Assembly: GCF_000009705.1 (NCBI RefSeq)
Contig: NC_003272.1
Span: forward strand, 1,140,001 to 1,172,000
DNA from: Nostoc sp. PCC 7120 = FACHB-418
Lineage (GTDB): Bacteria > Cyanobacteriota > Cyanobacteriia > Cyanobacteriales > Nostocaceae
Direction: 5' to 3'
DNA: 32,000 nt
Positions 20,381 to 28,548 of the stretch are shown here, piece after piece. The position numbers and the translations under genes are program-made. The first letter of the stretch is position 1. Every line of letters begins with the position of its first letter. The notes beneath the pieces are model-generated. The model worked only from the letters and a program-made list of their open reading frames with translations, searched no databases and was not told the DNA's origin.

Positions 20381-21793
20381 GTGTTTCAGAAAATTTTGAT
20401 AATTGGGGTGAGTACCCTACTACTGCTGACAAGTCCCATCATGGGTAATGCTTGGGCGCAAGTCCCAGGGACGACTCCACCTGCTGATACGGGAGATACG
20501 GCATTTATGCTGATTTCAGCAGCCCTAGTCTTGCTGATGACACCAGGATTAGCATTTTTTTATGGTGGTTTCGTCCGATCGCGCAATATTCTCAATACAT
20601 TGATGATGAGCTTTGTATTGATGGCGATTGTGGGCGTTACCTGGGTTTTATGGGGTTATAGTCTGTCGTTTGCCCCAGGGCTGCCATTTATTGGTGGTTT
20701 ACAGTGGTTTGGGTTAAACGGTGTGGGGCTAGAAACCACAGGTTATCTGCAAGGTTCCGAGCCTGCGAATGTGGTTTCCTATGCCGGGACGATTCCCCAT
20801 CAGGCATACATGATATATCAAGCCATGTTTGCCATTATCACCCCAGCTTTAATTTCTGGTGCGATCGCCGAACGAATGAGTTTCCGTGCCTATTGCCTAT
20901 TTGTGCTACTGTGGTCAACCTTTATTTACACGCCTCTAGCCCACATGGTTTGGGCAAAAGGTGGATTCTTAGGTTTGTATGGCGGCTTAGGTGCGCTCGA
21001 CTTCGCCGGCGGTACAGTAGTTCATATTAGCTCTGGGGTTTCTGCCCTCGTCGCCGCAATAGTCCTGGGGCCAAGGAAAACCCATCCCGATCGCCTCAGC
21101 CCTCCCCACAACGTAACATTTATTTTGTTGGGTGCTGGCTTGCTATGGTTTGGCTGGTTCGGTTTTAACGCTGGGAGTGCCTTATCAGTTGCTAGCAGCA
21201 CTTCTGGCAGTTTCATCACTAATCCAGCTACAACTGCCTTTGTTGCCACCAACACCTCAGCCGCAGCCGGAGCTTTAATGTGGCTAATTCTAGAAGGAGT
21301 ATTACGCGGTAAACCCACCGCCGTAGGTGCAGCTACAGGCGCAGTTGCCGGTTTAGTAGGTATAACCCCAGCCGCCGGCTTTGTCACCCCTCTAGCGTCA
21401 ATTTTGATAGGTTTTATCACAGCTTTTGTTTGCTTTTATGCCGTAAGTTTCAAACACAAGCTAAATGTTGATGATGCCTTAGATACCTACCCGGTGCATG
21501 GTGTTGGTGGAACAGTTGGCGCAATTCTCACAGCTTTCTTTGCCACCGCCGAAGTTAACTCAGGTGGTAAAAACGGCGTACTCAAGGGTAATTTTGGTGA
21601 ACTAGGTGTGGAACTAGCCGCCATTGTCATCGCCTATGTAATTGCAGCAGTTGGTACTTGGATAATCTTGAAGATTATTGATGCTACCGTTGGCTTACGG
21701 GTGAAAGAAGAAGCAGAATACCAAGGTTTGGATATCAGCGAACACGGAGAAGAAGCATATAACTCCGAGTTTAGCGATCGCATCGTACCGTAA
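20381..21793 (+). CDS. amtB: Ammonium transporter AmtB-type, third paralogue
   Basis: 470 aa with a GTG start and gggagtggg upstream. It has a signal peptide (MFQKILIIGVSTLLLLTSPIMGNAWA-Q) and AmtB-type motifs (LMTPGLAFFYGG, DFAGGTVVHISSG, WFGWFGFNAGS). Confidence 0.92.
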   Translation: MFQKILIIGVSTLLLLTSPIMGNAWAQVPGTTPPADTGDTAFMLISAALVLLMTPGLAFFYGGFVRSRNILNTLMMSFVLMAIVGVTWVLWGYSLSFAPGLPFIGGLQWFGLNGVGLETTGYLQGSEPANVVSYAGTIPHQAYMIYQAMFAIITPALISGAIAERMSFRAYCLFVLLWSTFIYTPLAHMVWAKGGFLGLYGGLGALDFAGGTVVHISSGVSALVAAIVLGPRKTHPDRLSPPHNVTFILLGAGLLWFGWFGFNAGSALSVASSTSGSFITNPATTAFVATNTSAAAGALMWLILEGVLRGKPTAVGAATGAVAGLVGITPAAGFVTPLASILIGFITAFVCFYAVSFKHKLNVDDALDTYPVHGVGGTVGAILTAFFATAEVNSGGKNGVLKGNFGELGVELAAIVIAYVIAAVGTWIILKIIDATVGLRVKEEAEYQGLDISEHGEEAYNSEFSDRIVP

Positions 21794-21840
21794 AAACTTA
21801 GTCGTAACCCAAAAATGTTTTGACAACTGATACTTTGGGT

Positions 21841-21980
21841 GACGCTCCTCACATCGCTACCGCTACGCTAAAACCAATTGCTTATGGGGAAACCCCCTTG
21901 GCGTAGCCCCGCGTTGGGGAGAGGTACCCTGTGGGTAGGCTTACACCATCGTAAGAGAAGCAAGCTATGGAGAGGGGTCA
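21841..21980. repeat. Short dispersed repeat, inverted copy of the 3078-3216 family
   Basis: It contains tcgtaagagaagcaagctatgg (21947-21968), the exact reverse complement of 3085-3106, plus gctaccgctacgc-type modules. It lies between the convergent amtB and HEAT-NACHT genes. Confidence 0.5.
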
Positions 21981-21999
21981 TTTGTCATTGAATTCCCAA

Positions 22000-24900
22000 T
22001 TACCTTGTCCGTAATAACTGCACAAAGGTATTACTCACCGTATTGTCTTTAGTATCTGCGGCGTATTGAATCAACTTCTCCCGCAATTCCTTGGCTGCAT
22101 CTATTGGAAGTAGGCTAGCTAACAGGAAGTAAACACCACGAAAGCGGGGGTCGCCCATTCTATCTACTAGTAGTGTTTCCGCTTCATCGCTATTGCCGAG
22201 GAAGTTCTGCACTAGGAAAAAGTCCATGATTTTATCGTGGCGGAAATACCATTCTTTCTTGGCTTCCCCTTTATCATCTTGCCATTGACGGCTGACTACC
22301 ATCTTATATTTCTCATCTTCCAAAGACATAACGACTTGATAAAATTCATCGGCGGGTAAGGCTTGTTTGTCGTCGATACGCATTTGGTAGACGGCGGCGG
22401 AGAATTTTTTTAAAGGAAATTCTTGCTTCCATTCCTTCAGGTATTCAGCCGCTATTAAATTGTATTGCTGTTCTTGCAGGCGGAATAAGTTGGGATGTTG
22501 ACCTTGGGATAACATCAGGGCTACCACGGTTAAATCCATTGGGTTGGAGAGAATACGCCTGGCTGCTTTTAATTCTTCCTCTGGTTGCTGAGTTGTGAGG
22601 ACTTCTTTTAAATAATTAATACAGGCTTGTTCGTAATCAGCACCCTGAATTTTGGCATCCTTGGGCAGTCGTGGTTCACGGGAGAGCAAGAACTCTTGAA
22701 TTTGGTTTGGTTCTAGGGGTTGTAGGTAGTAGGTTTTGGCCGTTGAGGGTGGTGTCCATTCTAGGGGCTGGGTAGTCATGATAATGTTGCCCCGGAAATA
22801 GCTTTCCACAAACTGGCAGATTTTGGCTCTGGTGTCGGCGGTGACTTCGTTGAGTCCGTCGATGCAGATATCTATTGCACCACTGTAAATCAGGTTTTTC
22901 AGGAAGTCGGCATCTTGGGCTTGGCCGTGTAGCTTGTCTTGGATGGCTTCAATTACGCCTTTATGGCATTTTTGGGCGGGGAGATAAACGACGATGCGCG
23001 GGGAGTTGTGCAACAGATGGCGGAGAAACATCGATTTACCTAAGCCGGAATCCCCTTCTAAGATGATTTGCCCCTTGATGCTGGGGAGGGCGGCGGTAAC
23101 TGGGGAGATTTCGCCTGTACCGGGAACTTTGACTCTGGATTCTGGGAAGTAGCCTTTGTCATTAAAGTTATCTAAGCCGGCATCGGCTAGGAGGGAGGGT
23201 TTGAAGGGTTCAAATAATTTACGGCGGAAGGGGGGAAACCAGGTGAGGAGAAAGCCGACGTAACCCACGCCTAAGATGCGGCGTACCCAAGGGTTCCAGA
23301 AGAAGATGGCTTGGATTTGGGGAAATTTGGGGTAAGCGAAGATGAGGGCAAGCCAGAAAGTAGCGTGTGTGAGGATGGTGATTCTGGCGTTGAAAAACCA
23401 CTGCCAACCCTTGAGGTTGACTATGACTGATTGCAGTGAATCAGCTTCGCTGTATCCGGCTTTTTTCAGGTTGTGGTAGTGAGTTTCTAATAGGAGAATA
23501 TCTTGTGGTTGCCAAGGAGTTTTTCTGGCGACTAGAGCGATTTGTTTTGCTAAGTCTTCCCGTAATCGAGTTAACCCTTGGCTAGGTTCCCAGGCTTGGG
23601 CGAAAATTGTCAGAGTTTTCTTACCTTCATTGTGGCTTAATGAAGCAGGAATTGTTTTAGTGTCGGGAAAACCCAGCCATGTTAGCAGCGTTTTCACTTC
23701 TTCAGTGCCGCCACCCAGAAAATAGGTTAAAAATCTCCACTGTGCAAATTCTGATTGACCAGCGTAATAAATGCTATCGAGAATTACAACGATATTATTC
23801 AGGTTGAGTTGTTCTATCTTGCCCAATCCCTCTGCTGCAACGTAACGAACATAACTGTCAACGGATTTATCCTTGAGGAAGTCGAGGATGTCTTTGAGGT
23901 AGGGTTTGGCAGCCTCCCCCAGATTTGCCAATGCCTCTGCTGCACCAGAACGAGCATTAGTGTCAACGGATTTATCCTTGAGGAAGTCGAGGATGTCTTT
24001 GAGGTAGGGTTTGGCAGCCTCCCCCAGATTTGCCAATGCCTCTGCTGCACCAGAACGAACACTACTGTCAACGGATTTATCTTTGAGGATATCAGCGATG
24101 TCTTTGACGTAGGGTTTGGCAGCCTCCCCCAGATTTCCCAATGCCTCTGCTGCATCTCTACGAACATAACTGTCAACAGATTTATCTTTGAGGATATCAG
24201 CGATGTCTTTGACGTAGGGTTTGGCAGCCTCCTCCAGATTTCCCAATGCCACTGCTGCACCGGAACGAACACTACTGTCAACGGATTTATCTTTGAGGAT
24301 ATCAGCGATGTCTTTGACGTAGGGTTTGGCAGCCTCCTCCAGATTTCCCAATGCCACTGCTGCATCTCTACGAACATAACTGTCAACGGATTTATCCTTG
24401 AGGAAGTCGAGGATGTCTTTGAGGTAGGGTTTGGCAGCCTCCCCCAGATTTCCCAATGCCACTGCTGCACCAGAACGAACACTACTGTCAACGGATTTAT
24501 CTTTGAGGATATCAGCGATGTCTTTGACGTAGGGTTTGGCAGCCTCTTCCAGATTTCCCAATGCCACTGCTGCATCTCTACGAACATAACTGTCAACGGA
24601 TTTATCCTTGAGGAAGTCGAGGATGTCTTTGAGGTAGGGTTTGGCAGCCTCCCCCAGATTTCCCAATGCCACTGCTGCACCTCTACGAACATTACTGTCA
24701 ACGGATTTATCCTTGAGGAAGTCGAGGATGTCTTTGAGGTAGGGTTTGGCAGCCTCCCCCAGATTTGCCAATGCCACTGCTGCACCAGAACGAACACTAC
24801 TGTCAACGGATTTATCTTTGAGGAAGTCGAGGATGTCTTTGAGGTAGGGTTTGGCAGCCTCCTCCAGATTTCCCAATGCCACTGCTGCATCGGAACGAAC

Positions 24901-25209
24901 ACTACTGTCAACGGATTTATCCTTGAGGATTTGGGCAGTTTTCTTAGCGATATCTTCCGGCTTCTGACCAACAGATTTTAACTTTTGCAGGTCATACTCA
25001 ACTAATTTACTCAGTGCATATCTCTTAACTTCGTTATATCCATCATCAAGGGCAGCTACTATGCCATTAATCTGCCACGCTGTCGGCTGGGGTTTGGGCT
25101 GTTCCTTTGCACTCACCCAAGGTAGGCAGAGTAGGAAAGAAAGGATGAAGGCTAAAGAATAAAGAATGTAGCGAGAAGGCTGGCGATGATGGCGGAGAGT
25201 TGTGACCAT
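22000..25209 (-). CDS. Membrane-anchored STAND NTPase: N-terminal signal/anchor, 11 HEAT (PBS-lyase-type) repeats, hydrophobic segments, NACHT-type P-loop NTPase
   Basis: 1069 aa. The N-terminus is MVTTLRHHRQPSRYILYSLAFILSFLLCLPWVSA-KEQ. Eleven 35-aa units of the form AAKPY(L/V)KDI(L/A)D(F/I)LKDKSVDSxVRxxAAxALxNLxE follow. Hydrophobic segments are ITILTHATFWLALIFAY and ILGVGYVGFLLTWF. Walker A is GDSGLGKS, Walker B is AIDICIDGLNEV, followed by IIMTTQP and YYLQPLEPNQIQEFL, the typical NACHT order. Confidence 0.85.
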   Translation of the reverse strand: MVTTLRHHRQPSRYILYSLAFILSFLLCLPWVSAKEQPKPQPTAWQINGIVAALDDGYNEVKRYALSKLVEYDLQKLKSVGQKPEDIAKKTAQILKDKSVDSSVRSDAAVALGNLEEAAKPYLKDILDFLKDKSVDSSVRSGAAVALANLGEAAKPYLKDILDFLKDKSVDSNVRRGAAVALGNLGEAAKPYLKDILDFLKDKSVDSYVRRDAAVALGNLEEAAKPYVKDIADILKDKSVDSSVRSGAAVALGNLGEAAKPYLKDILDFLKDKSVDSYVRRDAAVALGNLEEAAKPYVKDIADILKDKSVDSSVRSGAAVALGNLEEAAKPYVKDIADILKDKSVDSYVRRDAAEALGNLGEAAKPYVKDIADILKDKSVDSSVRSGAAEALANLGEAAKPYLKDILDFLKDKSVDTNARSGAAEALANLGEAAKPYLKDILDFLKDKSVDSYVRYVAAEGLGKIEQLNLNNIVVILDSIYYAGQSEFAQWRFLTYFLGGGTEEVKTLLTWLGFPDTKTIPASLSHNEGKKTLTIFAQAWEPSQGLTRLREDLAKQIALVARKTPWQPQDILLLETHYHNLKKAGYSEADSLQSVIVNLKGWQWFFNARITILTHATFWLALIFAYPKFPQIQAIFFWNPWVRRILGVGYVGFLLTWFPPFRRKLFEPFKPSLLADAGLDNFNDKGYFPESRVKVPGTGEISPVTAALPSIKGQIILEGDSGLGKSMFLRHLLHNSPRIVVYLPAQKCHKGVIEAIQDKLHGQAQDADFLKNLIYSGAIDICIDGLNEVTADTRAKICQFVESYFRGNIIMTTQPLEWTPPSTAKTYYLQPLEPNQIQEFLLSREPRLPKDAKIQGADYEQACINYLKEVLTTQQPEEELKAARRILSNPMDLTVVALMLSQGQHPNLFRLQEQQYNLIAAEYLKEWKQEFPLKKFSAAVYQMRIDDKQALPADEFYQVVMSLEDEKYKMVVSRQWQDDKGEAKKEWYFRHDKIMDFFLVQNFLGNSDEAETLLVDRMGDPRFRGVYFLLASLLPIDAAKELREKLIQYAADTKDNTVSNTFVQLLRTR
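23815..24940. repeat. About 10.7 tandem copies of a near-identical 105-bp unit (coding, the HEAT array)
   Basis: The string ccttgaggaagtcgaggatgtctttgaggtagggtttggcagcctc recurs with a 105-bp period. Units differ only at a few clustered positions. Confidence 0.92.
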
Positions 25210-25280
25210 GTTGGGGGCAAGGTGGCAGATTACACGCGCTTATGAGTAATATATCAGGCTTACTTAGAATAATTATGCCT

Positions 25281-25492
25281 ACGGTGTACATATATCTGAG
25301 TGCTAGGTACAGAATGTGGTTTGATCCCCCTAAATCCACGCCACTTGCTACAAGTCGGCAAAGCCGCCCAACGCAGTGGCTCCCCTTAAAAAGGGGGACT
25401 TTAATTCTTGTTCCCCCCTTTTTTAAGGGGGGTTAGGGGGGATCAAAACGTTATGGTGCTAAGTTATTAGACTTGTGTATACACCGTAGCCT
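25281..25492. repeat. Possible MITE-like insertion in the HEAT-NACHT upstream region
   Basis: The ends ctacggtgta (25281-25290) and tacaccgtag (25483-25492) are inverted repeats. The interior carries G/C hairpin modules (ccccttaaaaaggggg, cccccttttttaagggggg). I found no target-site duplication. Confidence 0.3.
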
Positions 25493-25510
25493 CTAACTAC
25501 CCTACTCTTT

Positions 25511-25783
25511 ACTCTCCCGCCAGTATTAAAGACTCACTCACGAGTATCAAATACTCTCCCGCCAGTATTAAAGACTCACTCACGAGTATTAAAGACTCTC
25601 CCGCCAGTATTAAAGACTCTCCCGCCAGTATTAAAGGCTCTCCCGCCAGTATTAAAGACTCGCTCACGAGTATTAAAGACTCTCCCGCCAGTATTAAAGA
25701 CTCTCTCGCCAGTATCAAAGACTCGCTCACGAGTATCAAAGACTCATTAACGAGACGTAAATACTCGCTCACGAGTATTAAAT
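25511..25783. repeat. 13-copy tandem array of a 21-bp unit in two variants
   Basis: Variant A is actctcccgccagtattaaag and variant B is actc(a/g)ctcacgagtat(t/c)aaag. The order is A B A B A A A B A A B B B, with a degenerate 14th unit to 25804. B units carry an internal inverted repeat (actcg-ctca-cgagt). Confidence 0.92.
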
Positions 25784-25848
25784 ATTCCTCAACGTGATTT
25801 TATAAAGGCTCTCGCTTGTGTGCAGCAAGGCTTTGACCTCTCTCCAAA

Positions 25849-25908
25849 CCTCTCTCCTACAAGGAGAGAGGCTTTGAGTCTTGCTCCCCTTCCCTTGTAG
25901 GGAAGGGG
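25849..25908. repeat. Twin 9-bp-stem hairpins (SDR module), possible terminator of the 158-aa gene
   Basis: The hairpins are cctctctcc-tacaa-ggagagagg (25849-25871) and ccccttccc-ttgta-gggaagggg (25886-25908). A related 10-bp-stem hairpin, ccccttccct-agg-agggaagggg, lies at 26798-26820. Confidence 0.6.
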
Positions 25909-25952
25909 TTGGGGGTTAGGTCTGAGTGCAACTAGGTGGCGATATCTACAAC

Positions 25953-26429
25953 TTATGAACCAGTAGCCGCTTTTGCAGGCTTATTTTTAATCGCCTTGAA
26001 CCGTTCCCCTAACTGTTCCGCCAGAGTTTTTAACCCCGGTGTTTTCTTTGCAGCCGTCTTGACGTAATCATATACAGTCAAACTGCTGCCCATTGCTTCG
26101 CTACCAACTGCCAATAGGGTATCATCTACCTGTTCTGTCAGTTGTCGCAGCCCAATTAACAGTTCGGTGAGGGTGGTGGCTAGTTGATAATCCCGCACAA
26201 ATTCCTCTACATCAAAACTGGCTGGTAGAATGTCTGGGTTAGACTGGGCAGCAGTCAGGCTAGTGTTGACAAAAGCTAGGCTTTTATCGCCCATCTTAAA
26301 TAACTTGCGTCGTTCTTCCACACTCAAGGTAACGAGAAACGGCAACTTTCCCTGAATGGTGGCAAATGCAGCTTTAATTTCTTTGACATCTTCAGCAGAA
26401 AGGGAAGCGGTGATATTTTGGTAAGCCAT
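25953..26429 (-). CDS. Conserved hypothetical protein, predicted all-helical
   Basis: A 158-aa ORF with clean codon structure. The LSVEERRKLFKMGDKSLAFV motif looks familiar from uncharacterised bacterial proteins, but I cannot name a family. Confidence 0.6.
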   Translation of the reverse strand: MAYQNITASLSAEDVKEIKAAFATIQGKLPFLVTLSVEERRKLFKMGDKSLAFVNTSLTAAQSNPDILPASFDVEEFVRDYQLATTLTELLIGLRQLTEQVDDTLLAVGSEAMGSSLTVYDYVKTAAKKTPGLKTLAEQLGERFKAIKNKPAKAATGS

Positions 26430-26530
26430 TGGATATTTACCTGGATAAATCTAATTGTCAAATGGCAATGGCAACTCTCCACAAGAGATATCGCCAGCAT
26501 TTTTTTATGATTCCCAGTGGTAAGGGCGAA

Positions 26531-26563
26531 TCATCAAACATCAAATAATTTGATATTTGATGA
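26531..26563. promoter_or_regulatory. 33-bp near-perfect palindrome built from four ATCAAA/TTTGAT hexamers
   Basis: The sequence is tcATCAAAcATCAAAtaaTTTGATaTTTGATga. Arms match at 14 of 15 positions. It lies about 100 bp upstream of the 158-aa gene, in the divergent region shared with the S8 peptidase gene. Confidence 0.4.
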
Positions 26564-26971
26564 CTGTTCTATTGTCATGAAAAATTCAATATTTTGAGTT
26601 TTATTTAATCAATAAACTTCCTGACAAGTATAGGTTTCAGCAACTCTAAATAAATAATTAAAATAACTGGGATTTTTTTGGTAAACAATAAGGCATTTTC
26701 TAAAATTCATCCGTAGTAATTATTGACTAGGAGGGCAAAGTTATTCAGTGCAAATATAGCGGTTTGCAGTTGAGTGTAATACTGACCTAACCCCCAGCCC
26801 CTTCCCTAGGAGGGAAGGGGAGTAATGGTTAAAACTTCTCACCTTGTAGAAAATGGGTTTGGGGAGGGGTGAAAGTGTATTGCATACAAACAAGAAGCGT
26901 AAATATTGCTTGGAAGGGTTTAAGAATTAAAACCGCAAAAAACACTTAAGTTAGTTGAGGAGCAAATACCT

Positions 26972-28438
26972 ATGCCCACAAATCAGACTGATCAAAATCC
27001 CCTTTCAATTGACAGGCAAAATTCCGCTTATATCTCCTCATCAGATATTTTTAATACAGACAATAATTATACTTCTCAGCTAGGTTTTCGTAGTAGCTAC
27101 ACTTCAGATATAAATAATCATGCTACTGCTACCAGCACTTACAACTCAACTAATGGTTATGGTTTAGTCAATGCAGGCGCAGCCGTACCTCAAGCTGCTG
27201 GACAAAATCCTTATAGTGATGTTGCTAACCTTGGCGGGAATAATTGGGGCTTAGATATGATTAATGCTCCAGAAGTATGGGCAAATGGACATACAGGCCA
27301 AGGCATAATTGTGGCGGTGATAGATACGGGCGTAGACACTAACCATGAGGATTTACGTAATAATATCTGGACTAATAGCAAAGAAATTGCTGGTAATGGC
27401 ATAGATGACGATGGTAATGGCTATGTCGATGATGTCCACGGCTGGAATTTTAACGACAACAATAACAACACCCTTGATAATAATGGTCATGGAACCCATG
27501 TTTCCGGGATTATTGCTGGGGGGAATAATGGCTTTGGTGTGACTGGTGTTGCTTACAATTCCCAGATTATGGCTGTGAAGGTGCTGGATGAATCTGGTTC
27601 TGGTTCTTATAGTGCGATCGCCAACGGAATTTACTATGCTGTAGATAATGGGGCAAAAGTCATCAACCTCAGTCTGGGTGGTGATTCGTCCAGTCGTACA
27701 CTCAAGTCTGCAATTGAATATGCTAGCAGTAAAGGGGCGATCGTGGTCATGGCCGCAGGTAATGATGGTGAATCTGCGCCAGACTACCCCGCTCGTTACG
27801 CCAATCAAACAGGAATCGCTGTTGGTGCGGTAGATGCTAATAAAAATTTAACTGATTTCTCCAACCGTTCTGGCAATACGACTATGGCTTATGTCACCGC
27901 CCCAGGACAAAGCGTTTATTCTTCAGTACCAAATAATCAGTATGCCAATTATAGTGGTACATCAATGGCAACTCCTTACGTTGCTGGTGTAGTCGCCCTC
28001 ATGCTCAGTGCTAACCCCAATTTAACTGAAGCCCAGGTGCGAGATATTATTACCAGCACCGCAGGAAACACCAGCAACGACACTACACCCAAAACAGACT
28101 CTGATTTTAACTTTGACTTTGGTTCTGTTGTAGATGACTTATTTGGTGGTTTAAGTCTAAATACCACATCAATTAGTGCTTCTAGTCTCAACTCCCAATC
28201 TTTGCAAAAGAGCAATATTTTCACCACAAGTTCAAATACTGCATCTGTATTATCTAATAATCAAACATCCACCGCTTACCAAATGGAGTTTACCCACAAA
28301 TATTATCAAGACTCTCTACCCAACAGCCTAGCCAACAGCCCAACAGATATTGACACTGGTAATAATATTGATTTTACAGAGTTCATGAATATCATCGTTA
28401 CACGACTGAGAGAGTACCAAAAATTGTTGGGTGCATAA
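26972..28438 (+). CDS. Subtilisin-like serine peptidase (S8 family)
   Basis: 488 aa with a gaggag SD. The catalytic triad contexts are VAVIDTGVD, HGTHVSG and GTSMATPYVAG, and there is a DDDGNGYVDD calcium-loop-like insert. It has a long N/S/T-rich C-terminal tail and no obvious signal peptide. Confidence 0.9.
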   Translation: MPTNQTDQNPLSIDRQNSAYISSSDIFNTDNNYTSQLGFRSSYTSDINNHATATSTYNSTNGYGLVNAGAAVPQAAGQNPYSDVANLGGNNWGLDMINAPEVWANGHTGQGIIVAVIDTGVDTNHEDLRNNIWTNSKEIAGNGIDDDGNGYVDDVHGWNFNDNNNNTLDNNGHGTHVSGIIAGGNNGFGVTGVAYNSQIMAVKVLDESGSGSYSAIANGIYYAVDNGAKVINLSLGGDSSSRTLKSAIEYASSKGAIVVMAAGNDGESAPDYPARYANQTGIAVGAVDANKNLTDFSNRSGNTTMAYVTAPGQSVYSSVPNNQYANYSGTSMATPYVAGVVALMLSANPNLTEAQVRDIITSTAGNTSNDTTPKTDSDFNFDFGSVVDDLFGGLSLNTTSISASSLNSQSLQKSNIFTTSSNTASVLSNNQTSTAYQMEFTHKYYQDSLPNSLANSPTDIDTGNNIDFTEFMNIIVTRLREYQKLLGA

Positions 28439-28548
28439 GAGAATGTAATATTGCAAAGTCATTAGTCTACAGCCCAAATCCCAATTTATACAACCAGTTA
28501 ACGAGCTAATGACTAATGACTTATATGCAGACGTTGTATGTAACGTCT

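Noticed and set aside
16467-21852. Antisense or overlapping ORFs within the amt genes (16467-16826, 17193-17408, 17535-17720, 20704-21030, 21022-21420, 21634-21852)
   Set aside because: They are shadow ORFs in moderately GC-rich transporter genes. They have no start context or family resemblance.
23755-24981. Two very long alternative-frame ORFs (408 aa on +, 385 aa on -) overlapping the HEAT-repeat region
   Set aside because: They exist only because the 105-bp unit (a multiple of 3) lacks stops in those frames and is repeated 11 times. Their products are low-complexity, Cys/Trp-rich nonsense. The HEAT/NACHT frame has recognisable motifs.
25509-25772. 87-aa ORF (ESLILAG/ESLILVS heptad repeats) on the minus strand
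   Set aside because: It coincides exactly with the 21-bp tandem array. At least one plus-strand frame (TLPPVLK...) is also open for most of the array, as expected for any 21-bp repeat. It has no SD or family support. I treat it as non-coding repeat unless homologues prove otherwise.
25511-25804. Possible CRISPR array
   Set aside because: The units are contiguous with no unique spacers. The 21-bp unit is shorter than typical CRISPR repeats. No cas genes are present in the window.
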